The translations under genes were made by a program, and so were the position numbers. The notes under the pieces were generated by a model that ran no database searches, was not told where the DNA came from, and was given only the letters and a program-made list of their open reading frames with translations. Shown here in pieces: positions 15,651-23,927 of a stretch of 32,664 nt of DNA (its first letter is position 1; each line of letters opens with the position of its first letter). The DNA comes from Syntrophaceae bacterium. Lineage in GTDB: Bacteria; Desulfobacterota; Syntrophia; Syntrophales; UBA2185. Location of the stretch: contig DNUI01000085.1 of assembly GCA_003508565.1 (NCBI GenBank), positions 1 through 32,664 of the forward strand, written 5' to 3'.

Positions 15651-15668
15651 TGTTTCAGATGCGAAAGG
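15651..15668. promoter_or_regulatory. degenerate third copy of the TGTTTCA-N4-TGAAACA element
   Basis: GGTGTTTCAGATGCGAAAGG has its first 13 nt identical to site 2 (13719..13731), but the second half-site is decayed. It lies between the convergent 3' ends of the permease and bEBP genes. Confidence 0.3.
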
Positions 15669-15684
15669 GCAGTGTCGATACGGT

Positions 15685-17070
15685 CTATTGCTTAAGGAGT
15701 TTCCTGCTTTTCCTCCATAGTGTCGTGCGGCTGATGCCGAGCTGACGGGCCGTTTTCATGCGGTGGCCGCCTTGCTCTCTAAGCGCCTCCTGGATAAGCT
15801 TCAGTTCCGAAGACACCAAGGGTGTAGGTGTTGAAGAATTCGTGAAATCATGGTTCGTCTTTTCGAGAAAATCGTAGGGTAGGTGCTTTTCTTCAATCAG
15901 CACCCCCCTGCACAGGACACAGGCATGTTCCAGGATATTTTCCAGTTCCCGGATGTTGCCGGGAAACGAATAATTCATGAGGCGGGCCATTACTTCTGTG
16001 GAAACCCCCGCAATATGTTTGCCTTTGAGCGCTTTCAGGCGAGCGATAAAGTTTTCCGTCAGAAGGGGAATGTCTTCTTTCCGTTCGCAGAGTGGCGGAA
16101 TCTCGATCTTAATAATGTTGAGGCGGTAGTAAAGATCCTCACGGAAAAGGCCGTCCCGGACCATTGCGGTTATATCTCTATGGGTGGCCGCCATGATACG
16201 TACGTCGACCTTTACGGGCTCAACTCCGCCTAATGGAATGAATATTTTCTCCTCCAGAACCCGCAAAAACTTGACCTGGAGAGAGGGAGAGGTATCACCG
16301 ATTTCGTCGAGAAAAAGAGTTCCACCATCAGCCAGAGAGAATCGACCAGGCTTGTTCTTCTTCGCATCCGTAAAGGCCCCCTGGACGTAACCGAACAGTT
16401 CCGATTCCAGAAGGGTGTCAGGAATGGAACCGCAATTGACCTTGATGAAGGGTCTTTCTTTCCGCGGGCTCAGATCATGGACCGCCCGGGCCAAGAGACC
16501 CTTTCCCGAACCGCTGGGCCCCTGGATCAGGAGGGTGCTGTCGCTTTCAGCCACGTCTGGCAGGATGTCAAAAATCTCTTGCATTCGTGGATTTTTGCTG
16601 ATCATGTCCCCCATACTGTAACGGCCCGCGACAGCCTTCCGGAGTGTCTCAATCATCGACAAATCGCGGAAGATCTCGACAGCGCCGACAACATCGCCCC
16701 GATGGTTGCGGATAAGAGCTGTGGTGACATTGACGGCAATCTCCTTTCCCGACTGGTTGATAATAACCGCGGGGTGATTGAACACCGGCTCGCCTGTCCT
16801 CAGAGTTCGCTCGAGGGGACAGTTGCTCTGGCAGGTATTGGAACGGAGAATGTCGAAGCAAAATTGGTTCACTGCTTCTTGAAAAGTGAATCCCGTGATC
16901 TCTTCAGCGGCCCGGTTAAAATATGTGTTGATCCGACGTTGAAGATCCACTGTAAAGACGCCGTCCGTCATGCTCTCCAAAATGGCGCAGCAAGGCAAGC
17001 TATCATCACTGCTTCGGCATGATGAGGTGTTTACAGAACCGGCATCATTTTTACTGCTTTTCCTTTTCAT
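15685..17070 (-). CDS. sigma-54-dependent transcriptional activator (bEBP) with N-terminal PAS sensor and C-terminal Fis-type HTH
   Basis: AAA+ core with Walker A GPSGSGKG, the sigma-54 contact loop GAFTDA and ESELFGY. C-terminal HTH TARQLGISRTTLWRK. There is no receiver domain; the PAS region carries Cys residues. Confidence 0.95.
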   Translation of the reverse strand: MKRKSSKNDAGSVNTSSCRSSDDSLPCCAILESMTDGVFTVDLQRRINTYFNRAAEEITGFTFQEAVNQFCFDILRSNTCQSNCPLERTLRTGEPVFNHPAVIINQSGKEIAVNVTTALIRNHRGDVVGAVEIFRDLSMIETLRKAVAGRYSMGDMISKNPRMQEIFDILPDVAESDSTLLIQGPSGSGKGLLARAVHDLSPRKERPFIKVNCGSIPDTLLESELFGYVQGAFTDAKKNKPGRFSLADGGTLFLDEIGDTSPSLQVKFLRVLEEKIFIPLGGVEPVKVDVRIMAATHRDITAMVRDGLFREDLYYRLNIIKIEIPPLCERKEDIPLLTENFIARLKALKGKHIAGVSTEVMARLMNYSFPGNIRELENILEHACVLCRGVLIEEKHLPYDFLEKTNHDFTNSSTPTPLVSSELKLIQEALREQGGHRMKTARQLGISRTTLWRKSRKLLKQ

Positions 17071-17108
17071 AATGATCCTGTATCTTTTCCCCGCTGAACC
17101 TTTATGAT

Positions 17109-17885
17109 CTATCCTTTCAACTTACTATACAGCCCCTGAAGTTTTGTTTGATACATGTTTCGGATGTTTTCCTCTTCCTCGCCAAGGGGTTTCACGGGGA
17201 TGAGATCCATGACATCGCTGGGGGACATGTTGGAATCGGTCATGGTTTTGAGCGTACCCTTCATCATTTTTAACAGGCTTTCTTTCACTTCATCCGGTGA
17301 CATCCCGAAGGTCTTTCCCAGTTCCTGCAACTCATAGAGCTGGAACCAGAAGTAGGTAGGCCCCATGGCGGTCAAGATAGCATACGCTTCAAGTTTTTCT
17401 TCCGCCACTTCGGGGCAGTCTCCCAGAATCTTGAACCATGACAGCATTTGTTTCTTTTCTTCCTTTGCAAATATGGCGGAGAATACGAGAGGATTGTACC
17501 CTTTATTCACCATTGATGGTGCGTTGGGAATCATCCGGACTATTCGTGAAAATCCGTCGAGGGCATTGGAAATCTTGGAGATGGAAACTTTCGGGGCCAG
17601 GGAAACGACAACCGCATCCCGGCGGAGCGTTGATTTTATTTCTCCCAGAATTCCCATGATCACCGGTGGATGGAGGGCAATAAAAACCACGTCGGCAGCA
17701 GCTGGTTTTTTAAGATCGCCTCCTGCCGCTTCAATTTTTGGGAATCGCTTTTGCAGATCTTTCAGAACATCGGCATTGGCGTCGCTGACAAACACCTTGC
17801 CGGGCCATTTCTTTTTTCGTTCCAACCCACTCAGAATGATCCTGGAGATCCTTCCGCCACCGATAAAACCGATGGATTTAAACAT
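17109..17885 (-). CDS. pyrroline-5-carboxylate reductase family NAD(P)H oxidoreductase
   Basis: Rossmann motif IGFIGGGRISR, MIPNAPSMVNKG (compare ProC MPNTP) and LTAMGPTYFW (compare GSGPAY). It diverges from housekeeping ProC at the C-terminus. Confidence 0.65.
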   Translation of the reverse strand: MFKSIGFIGGGRISRIILSGLERKKKWPGKVFVSDANADVLKDLQKRFPKIEAAGGDLKKPAAADVVFIALHPPVIMGILGEIKSTLRRDAVVVSLAPKVSISKISNALDGFSRIVRMIPNAPSMVNKGYNPLVFSAIFAKEEKKQMLSWFKILGDCPEVAEEKLEAYAILTAMGPTYFWFQLYELQELGKTFGMSPDEVKESLLKMMKGTLKTMTDSNMSPSDVMDLIPVKPLGEEEENIRNMYQTKLQGLYSKLKG

Positions 17886-17951
17886 GCGAACAAGCCTCCT
17901 TCCTTAATGTATTATGTTTTTTTACTTATCACCGAGGGGTCGTTACACTCA

Positions 17952-18659
17952 TTAGTTACCCCAAAAAGGATTCCCGATGAAGTAGATACCTAAAACAGCG
18001 ATGAGCGCCCCGGCGCCCTTGCGGAACCACAAACCCGCGCCCTGCCATGTCCGGTTTTCGATCAGTTTTCTCACCATGGCCGTTGAACTGCCCGCAATCA
18101 CGATAGGAAGGCAGTGCCCGAAGGCAAACAGCGTAATGAAAAGGATGCCCAGCCCTACCTTCTCCTGAATTGTAATAATGGCCAGAATGGGCGCGATGAA
18201 ACCGAACGTGCAGGAGCCGGACAGCACACCGTACGACAGGCCCAGTCCAAAGGCGCCCCAGAGCCCCCGCAGGTTAAGACGGTAGAGAAGGCTGCCGGAA
18301 GCGGAACATGCTTCGACCCCCATCATGCCTAATGCGACCCAGAGAAGGATCAGCCCTACCAGTATCTGCCAGTAATTCCCCACGTCGCCCAGCATCCGTC
18401 CCAGAATGACACACACGATGCCGACCAGCGCAATGGTAATAAAAAGTCCAAAGGTAAACGCAACGGAGTAGGCGCTGGCCTGCCGGGGTTCCAGTATCTG
18501 TTCCTGTCCACCCACATAGGCGACTATGAGGGGGATGGATGCAAGATGACAGGGACTGAACAGGACGCTGACCACGCCCCACAGAAAACACCCGAGGGCG
18601 GCCAGGATTGCTGCACCCATCATCCATTCGTTGATTGTCAAAAAGAAAGAATCGAACAT
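17952..18659 (-). CDS. ccdA: CcdA/DsbD-type transmembrane thiol:disulfide electron transporter
   Basis: Six TMs with the two conserved Cys contexts FSPCHLASIPL and SGSCTFGFIAPIL. ATG 18659 is preceded by GAGGGTGG; the track start is GTG 18668. Confidence 0.85.
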   Translation of the reverse strand: MFDSFFLTINEWMMGAAILAALGCFLWGVVSVLFSPCHLASIPLIVAYVGGQEQILEPRQASAYSVAFTFGLFITIALVGIVCVILGRMLGDVGNYWQILVGLILLWVALGMMGVEACSASGSLLYRLNLRGLWGAFGLGLSYGVLSGSCTFGFIAPILAIITIQEKVGLGILFITLFAFGHCLPIVIAGSSTAMVRKLIENRTWQGAGLWFRKGAGALIAVLGIYFIGNPFWGN

Positions 18660-18671
18660 TATATCCACCCT

Positions 18672-19058
18672 CTACTGTACGCCCATCGTCTTGAGCTGGG
18701 CCACAATAGCCTCCTCGCTCATATACCCGATGTGGCGGCTGATTTCCCTGCCTTTTTTGTCGAAAAAGATCTGCGTAGGAATAGCCCTGACTTGGAATTG
18801 CTGTATGGCTTCCCGGTTATATCGGAGGTCGATAAAAACAATAGCGGCCTTTCCCTGGTAGCGCTTCTCTAATCTGTCCAGGATCGGCGCCATCATCTTG
18901 CAGGGAATGCAGGAGGCGGCGCCCAGGTCGACCATGGTCACCATGCCCTTGACGGGGACCTTTTTATACTCTGTGGAAGACGACGTACAAGCCGCATTGA
19001 CGAAAAAAAAGATTGTAAAGATCAATGTACCGATTAGTGTAATACGCTTTATGCTCAT
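18672..19058 (-). CDS. exported/lipid-anchored thioredoxin-family protein (CIPC)
   Basis: Signal peptide ends FVNAAC. Thioredoxin active site GAASCIPCKMMAP and cis-Pro region RAIPTQIFF. It sits immediately upstream of ccdA. Confidence 0.85.
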   Translation of the reverse strand: MSIKRITLIGTLIFTIFFFVNAACTSSSTEYKKVPVKGMVTMVDLGAASCIPCKMMAPILDRLEKRYQGKAAIVFIDLRYNREAIQQFQVRAIPTQIFFDKKGREISRHIGYMSEEAIVAQLKTMGVQ

Positions 19059-19065
19059 AAATACC

Positions 19066-19377
19066 TCAACAATCGCAAGAACCTTCGCAGCCCGCGCTCG
19101 CCTTAAGGCTCGAGGTGAGTTTAAATCCAGATCCTCCGACAGACTCGATGAAATCGACGCGTATCGGCTTTACTTCATCGAACAAAGACTTGTCAATAAG
19201 ATAATGGATGTCTCTATCCGTGAATACCAGATCTTTTTCCTGTGGCTCGTCCAGAGCCATGCCCAGAGTGGGCCCGCCTCAACCAGCCTGCAAGAGTATC
19301 CTGATTGAAAGTGGTTCTTTCTGTTTTTCCAAAAAGTTCTTGATCATGCTGCTTGCATTTTCTGTAACTTCAAACAT
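19066..19377 (-). CDS. HesB/IscA-like selenoprotein (in-frame UGA = Sec at codon 33, 19279..19281)
   Basis: The ORF track shows only the 3' 64 codons. Extending upstream gives MFEVTENASSMIKNFLEKQKEPLSIRILLQAG-U-GGPTLGMALDEPQEKD... with RBS AGGAG 7 nt before ATG 19377. The U occupies the position of the first conserved Cys of IscA (R-x-x-x-x-GC-S/G-G). The C-terminal C-x3-C-x-C stands in for the IscA CGC. Confidence 0.8.
19240..19266 (-). promoter_or_regulatory. candidate bacterial SECIS hairpin
   Basis: On the RNA, 12 nt after the UGA: CUG-GGCA-U-GGCUC-UGGAC-GAGCC-A-CAG. This gives a 6-bp upper stem, a GG-containing 5-nt apical loop about 28 nt from the UGA, and a 3-bp lower stem. Folded by eye only. 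Confidence 0.5.
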
Positions 19378-19391
19378 AAATTCTCCTGTCT

Positions 19392-20672
19392 TTAATTTTT
19401 TAATCTTTCGATTAGCGTCTCCAGATATCGCGATTTCATCTGGCGGCTTGCCATCACCTGCTTGATAGGTGGCAACTTCAGGATGACGCCGAGTATTGCC
19501 GCCATCGCCCGGTGGCTCATAAGCAGTCTGTTGTCGAAGATCAGATTTTGCAGTTTTCCCCGTTCTATAGCCATGACAACTGCCCGATGGGTAGAATTGA
19601 GTGGTGTGATCACGCGTTTCGGCCTGGATTCAAGCCGGATCGCCTCGGCCGGACATTTACGAACACAGAGGCCGCAGCCGAGGCATATTTCCTCATTCAA
19701 TTTTGCCTTCTCCCGCTTTGGCAGGTGTGGATCACTCGCCGAGGCGAGGCCTATAGCCTCTACGGGACAGACCCTAACACAGCGGCCACAACCGGTACAT
19801 TCATCATCATTGACCTTGGGCAAAAAATTTGTCGTATGCACCGGATGCAGCATGCCGAAACGGCGGGCGGCGATCATGGCCTCACAGCAACAACCGCAGC
19901 AATTGCAGATGAAGTTGACCCGTTGCAGAACGTTTTCGCCAAATTGAACGAGGTTGTTTTCATAGGCCTGTCTTAGCAGATCAAGTCCCTCGGAAACGTC
20001 AATGGCGCGTGCAAATCCATGCCGGATCAGGGATGCGCCTGCATTGTTAAAGGTCATGCAGATGTCCATGGGCGCGTCGCAGGCCCGGCCGACATGCATC
20101 ATTTTGTGACGGCAGTAACACACACCGATCCCCCGGTGGGAGGCTGTGCGAATCACCTCGCTTGCCCTTTCGTAGTCGAGAACATGAAGGGCGTTCTCGG
20201 CACTCAGTGCCGGCTCGTGGATGAAAACACGTCCAAGCTGGGTCTCTCCATCAGTAAAGAGGGATTTGATGAAGTCTTCTTCAACGTTAATGTATTCGTA
20301 AAACAGTTCGCTTAACGCCTTCTGATTGATGTCGTCGCGAATTCGCATCAATGAGAACTCAAAAAACCCTGCCATGGGCGGCGGGAGGACGTACATCATT
20401 TCTCCTTCCTCTTGCATATCGAGGAGAAGCGCCTTGTCGGCAAGACGATCCAGGGTTTTTCGGGCATCTACCAGGGGGATTTTCCAGATCGCAGCGGCTT
20501 TCTTAGCGGTAAAAGGTTTGATCGGCAGCACAGAAACAAGGGCAGCTTCTCTTTCCGTGAAGAGGATGCTGAGAATTTTCTTGAGATGTGCCGACGGAGT
20601 TACACCCTGGGGAAAGCGGTTCAATCGCTCCGTCAACTCGGCATATCCGGATTTCAATGAATGGTGGGCCAT
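19392..20672 (-). CDS. Fe-S protein: N-terminal winged-helix-like region, CNCCGCCC cysteine cluster, 2x[4Fe-4S] ferredoxin domain
   Basis: FICNCCGCCCEAM, then CTGCGRCVRVCP and CLGCGLCVRKCP. ATG 20672 is preceded by GAGGAG; the track start is GTG 20684. Confidence 0.8.
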   Translation of the reverse strand: MAHHSLKSGYAELTERLNRFPQGVTPSAHLKKILSILFTEREAALVSVLPIKPFTAKKAAAIWKIPLVDARKTLDRLADKALLLDMQEEGEMMYVLPPPMAGFFEFSLMRIRDDINQKALSELFYEYINVEEDFIKSLFTDGETQLGRVFIHEPALSAENALHVLDYERASEVIRTASHRGIGVCYCRHKMMHVGRACDAPMDICMTFNNAGASLIRHGFARAIDVSEGLDLLRQAYENNLVQFGENVLQRVNFICNCCGCCCEAMIAARRFGMLHPVHTTNFLPKVNDDECTGCGRCVRVCPVEAIGLASASDPHLPKREKAKLNEEICLGCGLCVRKCPAEAIRLESRPKRVITPLNSTHRAVVMAIERGKLQNLIFDNRLLMSHRAMAAILGVILKLPPIKQVMASRQMKSRYLETLIERLKN

Positions 20673-20711
20673 ATCACTCCTCACCGAGGGGCTGTTTCAC
20701 CGCGTTACAAC

Positions 20712-21767
20712 TCACGTTTCCGCCGGGAATAATTTCCTTTTAAAAAGAAGGGCCACGTTGACCAGGATGATCAGGACCGGGACTTCAATCAGCGGCCCAA
20801 TGACCGTCGCGAAAGCCTGGCCAGAGTCTATGCCATAGATAGCAATGGCCACGGCAATGGCCAGCTCAAAATCGTTGCTCCCGGCAGTGAATGATACTGC
20901 AGTAGTCTGCGCGTAATTTGCACCCATCTTCCTCACAAAAAAGAATGTCATGAACCACATCACCGCAAAATACAGAGTAAGGGGTATGCCCACGATCAGG
21001 ACATCAAGAGGCGATTCAATGATCTTGTTTCCCTGGCTTGAGAACATCACGACAATTGTAAACAGAAGCGCGATCAGCGTAATGGGACTTATCTTCGGCA
21101 TGAATACTGTATCGAACCATTCTTCGCCTTTGGCATAGATGAGGGTATAGCGGGTGATGAGGCCCGCAAGGAAGGGAATTCCGAGATAGATAAAAACGGT
21201 TTTGGCCGATTCCGCCATAGAGACATTGATGTTGAGGTCTTTCGCAAGTCCAAGCCAGTTCAGGGCAAGGGTGATGAACACATAGATATAGACGGCGTAA
21301 AAAAGAACCTGGGCGATGGCGTTGAGGGCTACAAGGCCTACGGCGAATTCCCTGTCCCCACCGGCAAGTTCATTCCAGACGATAACCATGGCAATGCACC
21401 GGGCGAGCCCCACAAGAATGACGCCGATCATATATTCCGGGTAGTTCTGCAAAAAGATGACGGCCAGAACAAACATGACCACCGGGCCGATCACCCAGTT
21501 CTGCACAAGGGATACGGTCAGCAATGGTTTGTTGTTGAAAACTTTCCCTATTTTCTCATACTTCACCCGTGCAAGGGGAGGGTACATCATCAAAATCAGC
21601 CCGATAGCTATGGGAATGGATGTAGTACCGACCTGCAAGCCTATGATGAAATCTGATATTCCGGGAAGAAAATAACCGATAGCGATTCCCGCGCCGATGG
21701 CCAGGAATATCCACAACGTTAAGAAGCGATCCAGAAACGACAACTGTTTTATAATGCCATCCGACAT
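20712..21767 (-). CDS. acr3: ACR3-family arsenite efflux transporter
   Basis: 351 aa and about 10 TMs. Hallmark [19 protein letters not shown] contains the conserved essential Cys. N-terminus is [13 protein letters not shown]. Confidence 0.95.
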   Translation of the reverse strand: MSDGIIKQLSFLDRFLTLWIFLAIGAGIAIGYFLPGISDFIIGLQVGTTSIPIAIGLILMMYPPLARVKYEKIGKVFNNKPLLTVSLVQNWVIGPVVMFVLAVIFLQNYPEYMIGVILVGLARCIAMVIVWNELAGGDREFAVGLVALNAIAQVLFYAVYIYVFITLALNWLGLAKDLNINVSMAESAKTVFIYLGIPFLAGLITRYTLIYAKGEEWFDTVFMPKISPITLIALLFTIVVMFSSQGNKIIESPLDVLIVGIPLTLYFAVMWFMTFFFVRKMGANYAQTTAVSFTAGSNDFELAIAVAIAIYGIDSGQAFATVIGPLIEVPVLIILVNVALLFKRKLFPAET

Positions 21768-21782
21768 ATAGATTCTCCCCTC

Positions 21783-22016
21783 TTATTTTCCAATCCAGGC
21801 TTTGACTTCTTCTTTTCTAGGGATCTTCCCCACGGATTTGACCTTTCCGTCCACAACAACCGAGGGCGTGCCGAAGACACCATACGAGGCAATCTTCTTG
21901 AAATCCGTCACATGTTCGACCTCTGCAACCGTTCCCGTTTCGGCAAGTATCTCTTTAACCAGTTTTTCAACCTGGTGGCATTTTGCGCATCCGGGACCTA
22001 ATATCTTGATTTCCAT
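21783..22016 (-). CDS. small thioredoxin-fold protein (redox-active disulfide protein 2 type)
   Basis: 77 aa, MEIKILGPGCAKCH...GVFGTPSVVVDGKV. Strong RBS AAGGAGGA. Confidence 0.85.
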   Translation of the reverse strand: MEIKILGPGCAKCHQVEKLVKEILAETGTVAEVEHVTDFKKIASYGVFGTPSVVVDGKVKSVGKIPRKEEVKAWIGK

Positions 22017-22069
22017 AGGACATCCTCCTTAATAAATTTTATGGTTGATATTTACGCCATATTTTTTCC

Positions 22070-23242
22070 TTAATCCACCAGCCAGCCATAGCCCATTCCC
22101 GCGACCGTGGACAAAGCAATAACAATGATGCAGTAAACGGCGGTTTTTCTGATGCCCATAATCCCCGCAATGGTAATCATGCTGGGGAGCGACAAAGCTG
22201 GACCTGCGAGAAGCAATGCCAGGGCTGGCCCCTGACCCATGCCGGAACCGATGAGCCCCTGGAGGATGGGAACCTCTGTCAGGGTGGCAAAATACATGAG
22301 GGCACCGGATAGCGAGGCAAAGAGATTTGCCCAGAGAGAATTCCCCCCGACCAGGGATGCAATAATCTGTTCGGGAATGAGAGCGGGATAACCGGGACGG
22401 CCAAGGAGAAAACCGGCCACCAGCACGCCGCCAAGAAGCAAAGGGAATATCTGTTTCGTGAAGCCCCATGTCGCCTCCACCCATTCCCTCAGTTCATCCT
22501 TTGCAAACCAGAATTTAAGCACGATGGCCAGCACTCCCAGTAGAGCCGCCGTTAGATACCATTTGATGGAAAAGATCGTTTTCCAGAGAAAGGCATCTCC
22601 GTCGGCTGGTTTGGCGAAGGCGGCAAAGACAAGAATTAGAATTAAGGTCAGCATGAGTGACGCGTCCTGCCAGAGGGCCCGTGATTTTTCTCCCTCTTCG
22701 GGAATGTAAATCTGCCCTTCCGTCCGGTTCGCATCATCTTTTCGATAGATAACCGCCATCAGCAATCCTGCGACAATTGCAAAGACGACAGCGCCCACGG
22801 CGCGGGCGAGGCCGAGCTTCCAACCGAGAACCTTGGCAGTCAGCAGGATGGCAAGGACGTTGATGGCCGGGCCGGAGTAGAGAAATGCCGTTGCCGGGCC
22901 GATGCCGGCCCCGCGCATATAGATTCCGGCAAACAGAGGCAAAACAGTGCATGAACAGACGGCCAAAACCGTGCCGGACACAGAGGCCACAGAATAGGAG
23001 AGAATCTTGTTGGCCTTAGCGCCGAAATACTTGAGGACCGATGCCTGGGAGACAAAGACAGCGATGGCCCCGGCAATGAAAAACGCGGGAATGAGACACG
23101 TGAGGACATGCTCCCGGGCATATTCCTGCAGCATCATGAAGGATTCGAGGCCGGATTGGCGAATGACGGCATGATCCCACGGGATGAAATACGCCGCTGA
23201 GAACACCGCTACGATCAGTGCAAGTTTAGTCCATTCTTTCAT
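22070..23242 (-). CDS. ArsP-family (PF03773-like) permease
   Basis: The motif VSGTVLAVCSCTVLPLFAGIYMRGAG parallels the FCSCST motif of 14506..15618. It has about 10 TMs and sits between arsR and the thioredoxin-like gene. Confidence 0.85.
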   Translation of the reverse strand: MKEWTKLALIVAVFSAAYFIPWDHAVIRQSGLESFMMLQEYAREHVLTCLIPAFFIAGAIAVFVSQASVLKYFGAKANKILSYSVASVSGTVLAVCSCTVLPLFAGIYMRGAGIGPATAFLYSGPAINVLAILLTAKVLGWKLGLARAVGAVVFAIVAGLLMAVIYRKDDANRTEGQIYIPEEGEKSRALWQDASLMLTLILILVFAAFAKPADGDAFLWKTIFSIKWYLTAALLGVLAIVLKFWFAKDELREWVEATWGFTKQIFPLLLGGVLVAGFLLGRPGYPALIPEQIIASLVGGNSLWANLFASLSGALMYFATLTEVPILQGLIGSGMGQGPALALLLAGPALSLPSMITIAGIMGIRKTAVYCIIVIALSTVAGMGYGWLVD

Positions 23243-23288
23243 ACGCGATTCCTATATATATTCAATATCAGAAATATGGAAGGTAACT

Positions 23289-23633
23289 TCAAGATTTTTT
23301 GCATATCTTCTCACGTGTAATTTCCGAAAGTTTTTTCACGATCGCTCTTACTTCCGTATCATCGGAAAGCCAGTATCTCAGGTTTCCCATGAGTGTGGCC
23401 GCATAGGGGCTTGTGCCGTCAGCAAGATAGTAATTGACCCACAATCCTTCTTTTCTACGGTTTACGAGACCCGCATGTTCCAATATTTTCAAGTGTTTCG
23501 ACACCGTAGGCTGAGCGATCCCAAGAGCGGCCTGGATTTCACAGACGCACAGCTCTTTTTGCTGCAGGATTTTTAGGAGTTTCACACGATTTGGATCGGA
23601 AAGTGCCTTCATGACTTTAATGAATTGCTTCAT
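23289..23633 (-). CDS. arsR: ArsR/SmtB family metalloregulator
   Basis: ELCVCEIQAALGIAQPTVSKHLKILEHAGLV, a CVC metalloid-binding motif followed by the HTH. ATG 23633 is 9 nt after GAGGA; the track start TTG 23648 lies in the operator. Confidence 0.9.
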   Translation of the reverse strand: MKQFIKVMKALSDPNRVKLLKILQQKELCVCEIQAALGIAQPTVSKHLKILEHAGLVNRRKEGLWVNYYLADGTSPYAATLMGNLRYWLSDDTEVRAIVKKLSEITREKICKKS

Positions 23634-23646
23634 AGATATTATCCTC

Positions 23647-23694
23647 AACTATATTTCTATTGAGAAATATAGTTACCGACATTACTGATGTCAA
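23647..23694 (-). promoter_or_regulatory. sigma-70 promoter (TTGACA-N17-TATATT) with overlapping 12-bp perfect inverted repeat operator
   Basis: On the minus strand, TTGACA (23694..23689), a 17-nt spacer, then TATATT (23671..23666). The palindrome AACTATATTTCT-ATTG-AGAAATATAGTT (23647..23674) covers the -10 box. Confidence 0.65.
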
Positions 23695-23719
23695 GAATTT
23701 TTTACATTTACTTTTTTGG

Positions 23720-23748
23720 TTGACACATGCTTCTACTTCTTCTAAAGT
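23720..23748 (+). promoter_or_regulatory. candidate divergent sigma-70 promoter TTGACA-N17-TAAAGT
   Basis: It sits back to back with the arsR promoter; the -35 boxes are 25 bp apart. It is about 180 nt upstream of the IscU-like gene. The leader contains the palindromes CAGAAT-N7-ATTCTG and CGGACATGTGTCCG. Confidence 0.35.
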
Positions 23749-23927
23749 CGCGAGCCTGAAAGATGATCAATGGCTATGCCTCAGAATATAACAAATTCTG
23801 AATATATTAGAATAACTTAAGAAACGGACATGTGTCCGGCAGGTGGTGCCATGAAACAAAGATACGCAAAGAATAAATCTGATAGCTGGATGGATCTATA
23901 TAAAGAAAGGATCGCGAGGAGACCGAA

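Noticed and set aside
22029-22484. A 151-aa minus-strand ORF and several other Arg/Pro/Gly-rich ORFs (22734..22952, 22840..23121, 27612..28105, 18274..18627) overlapping transporter genes.
   Set aside because: These are out-of-frame or antisense overlaps with well-supported membrane-protein genes. Their low-complexity Arg/Pro/Gly composition is typical of off-frame GC-rich DNA.
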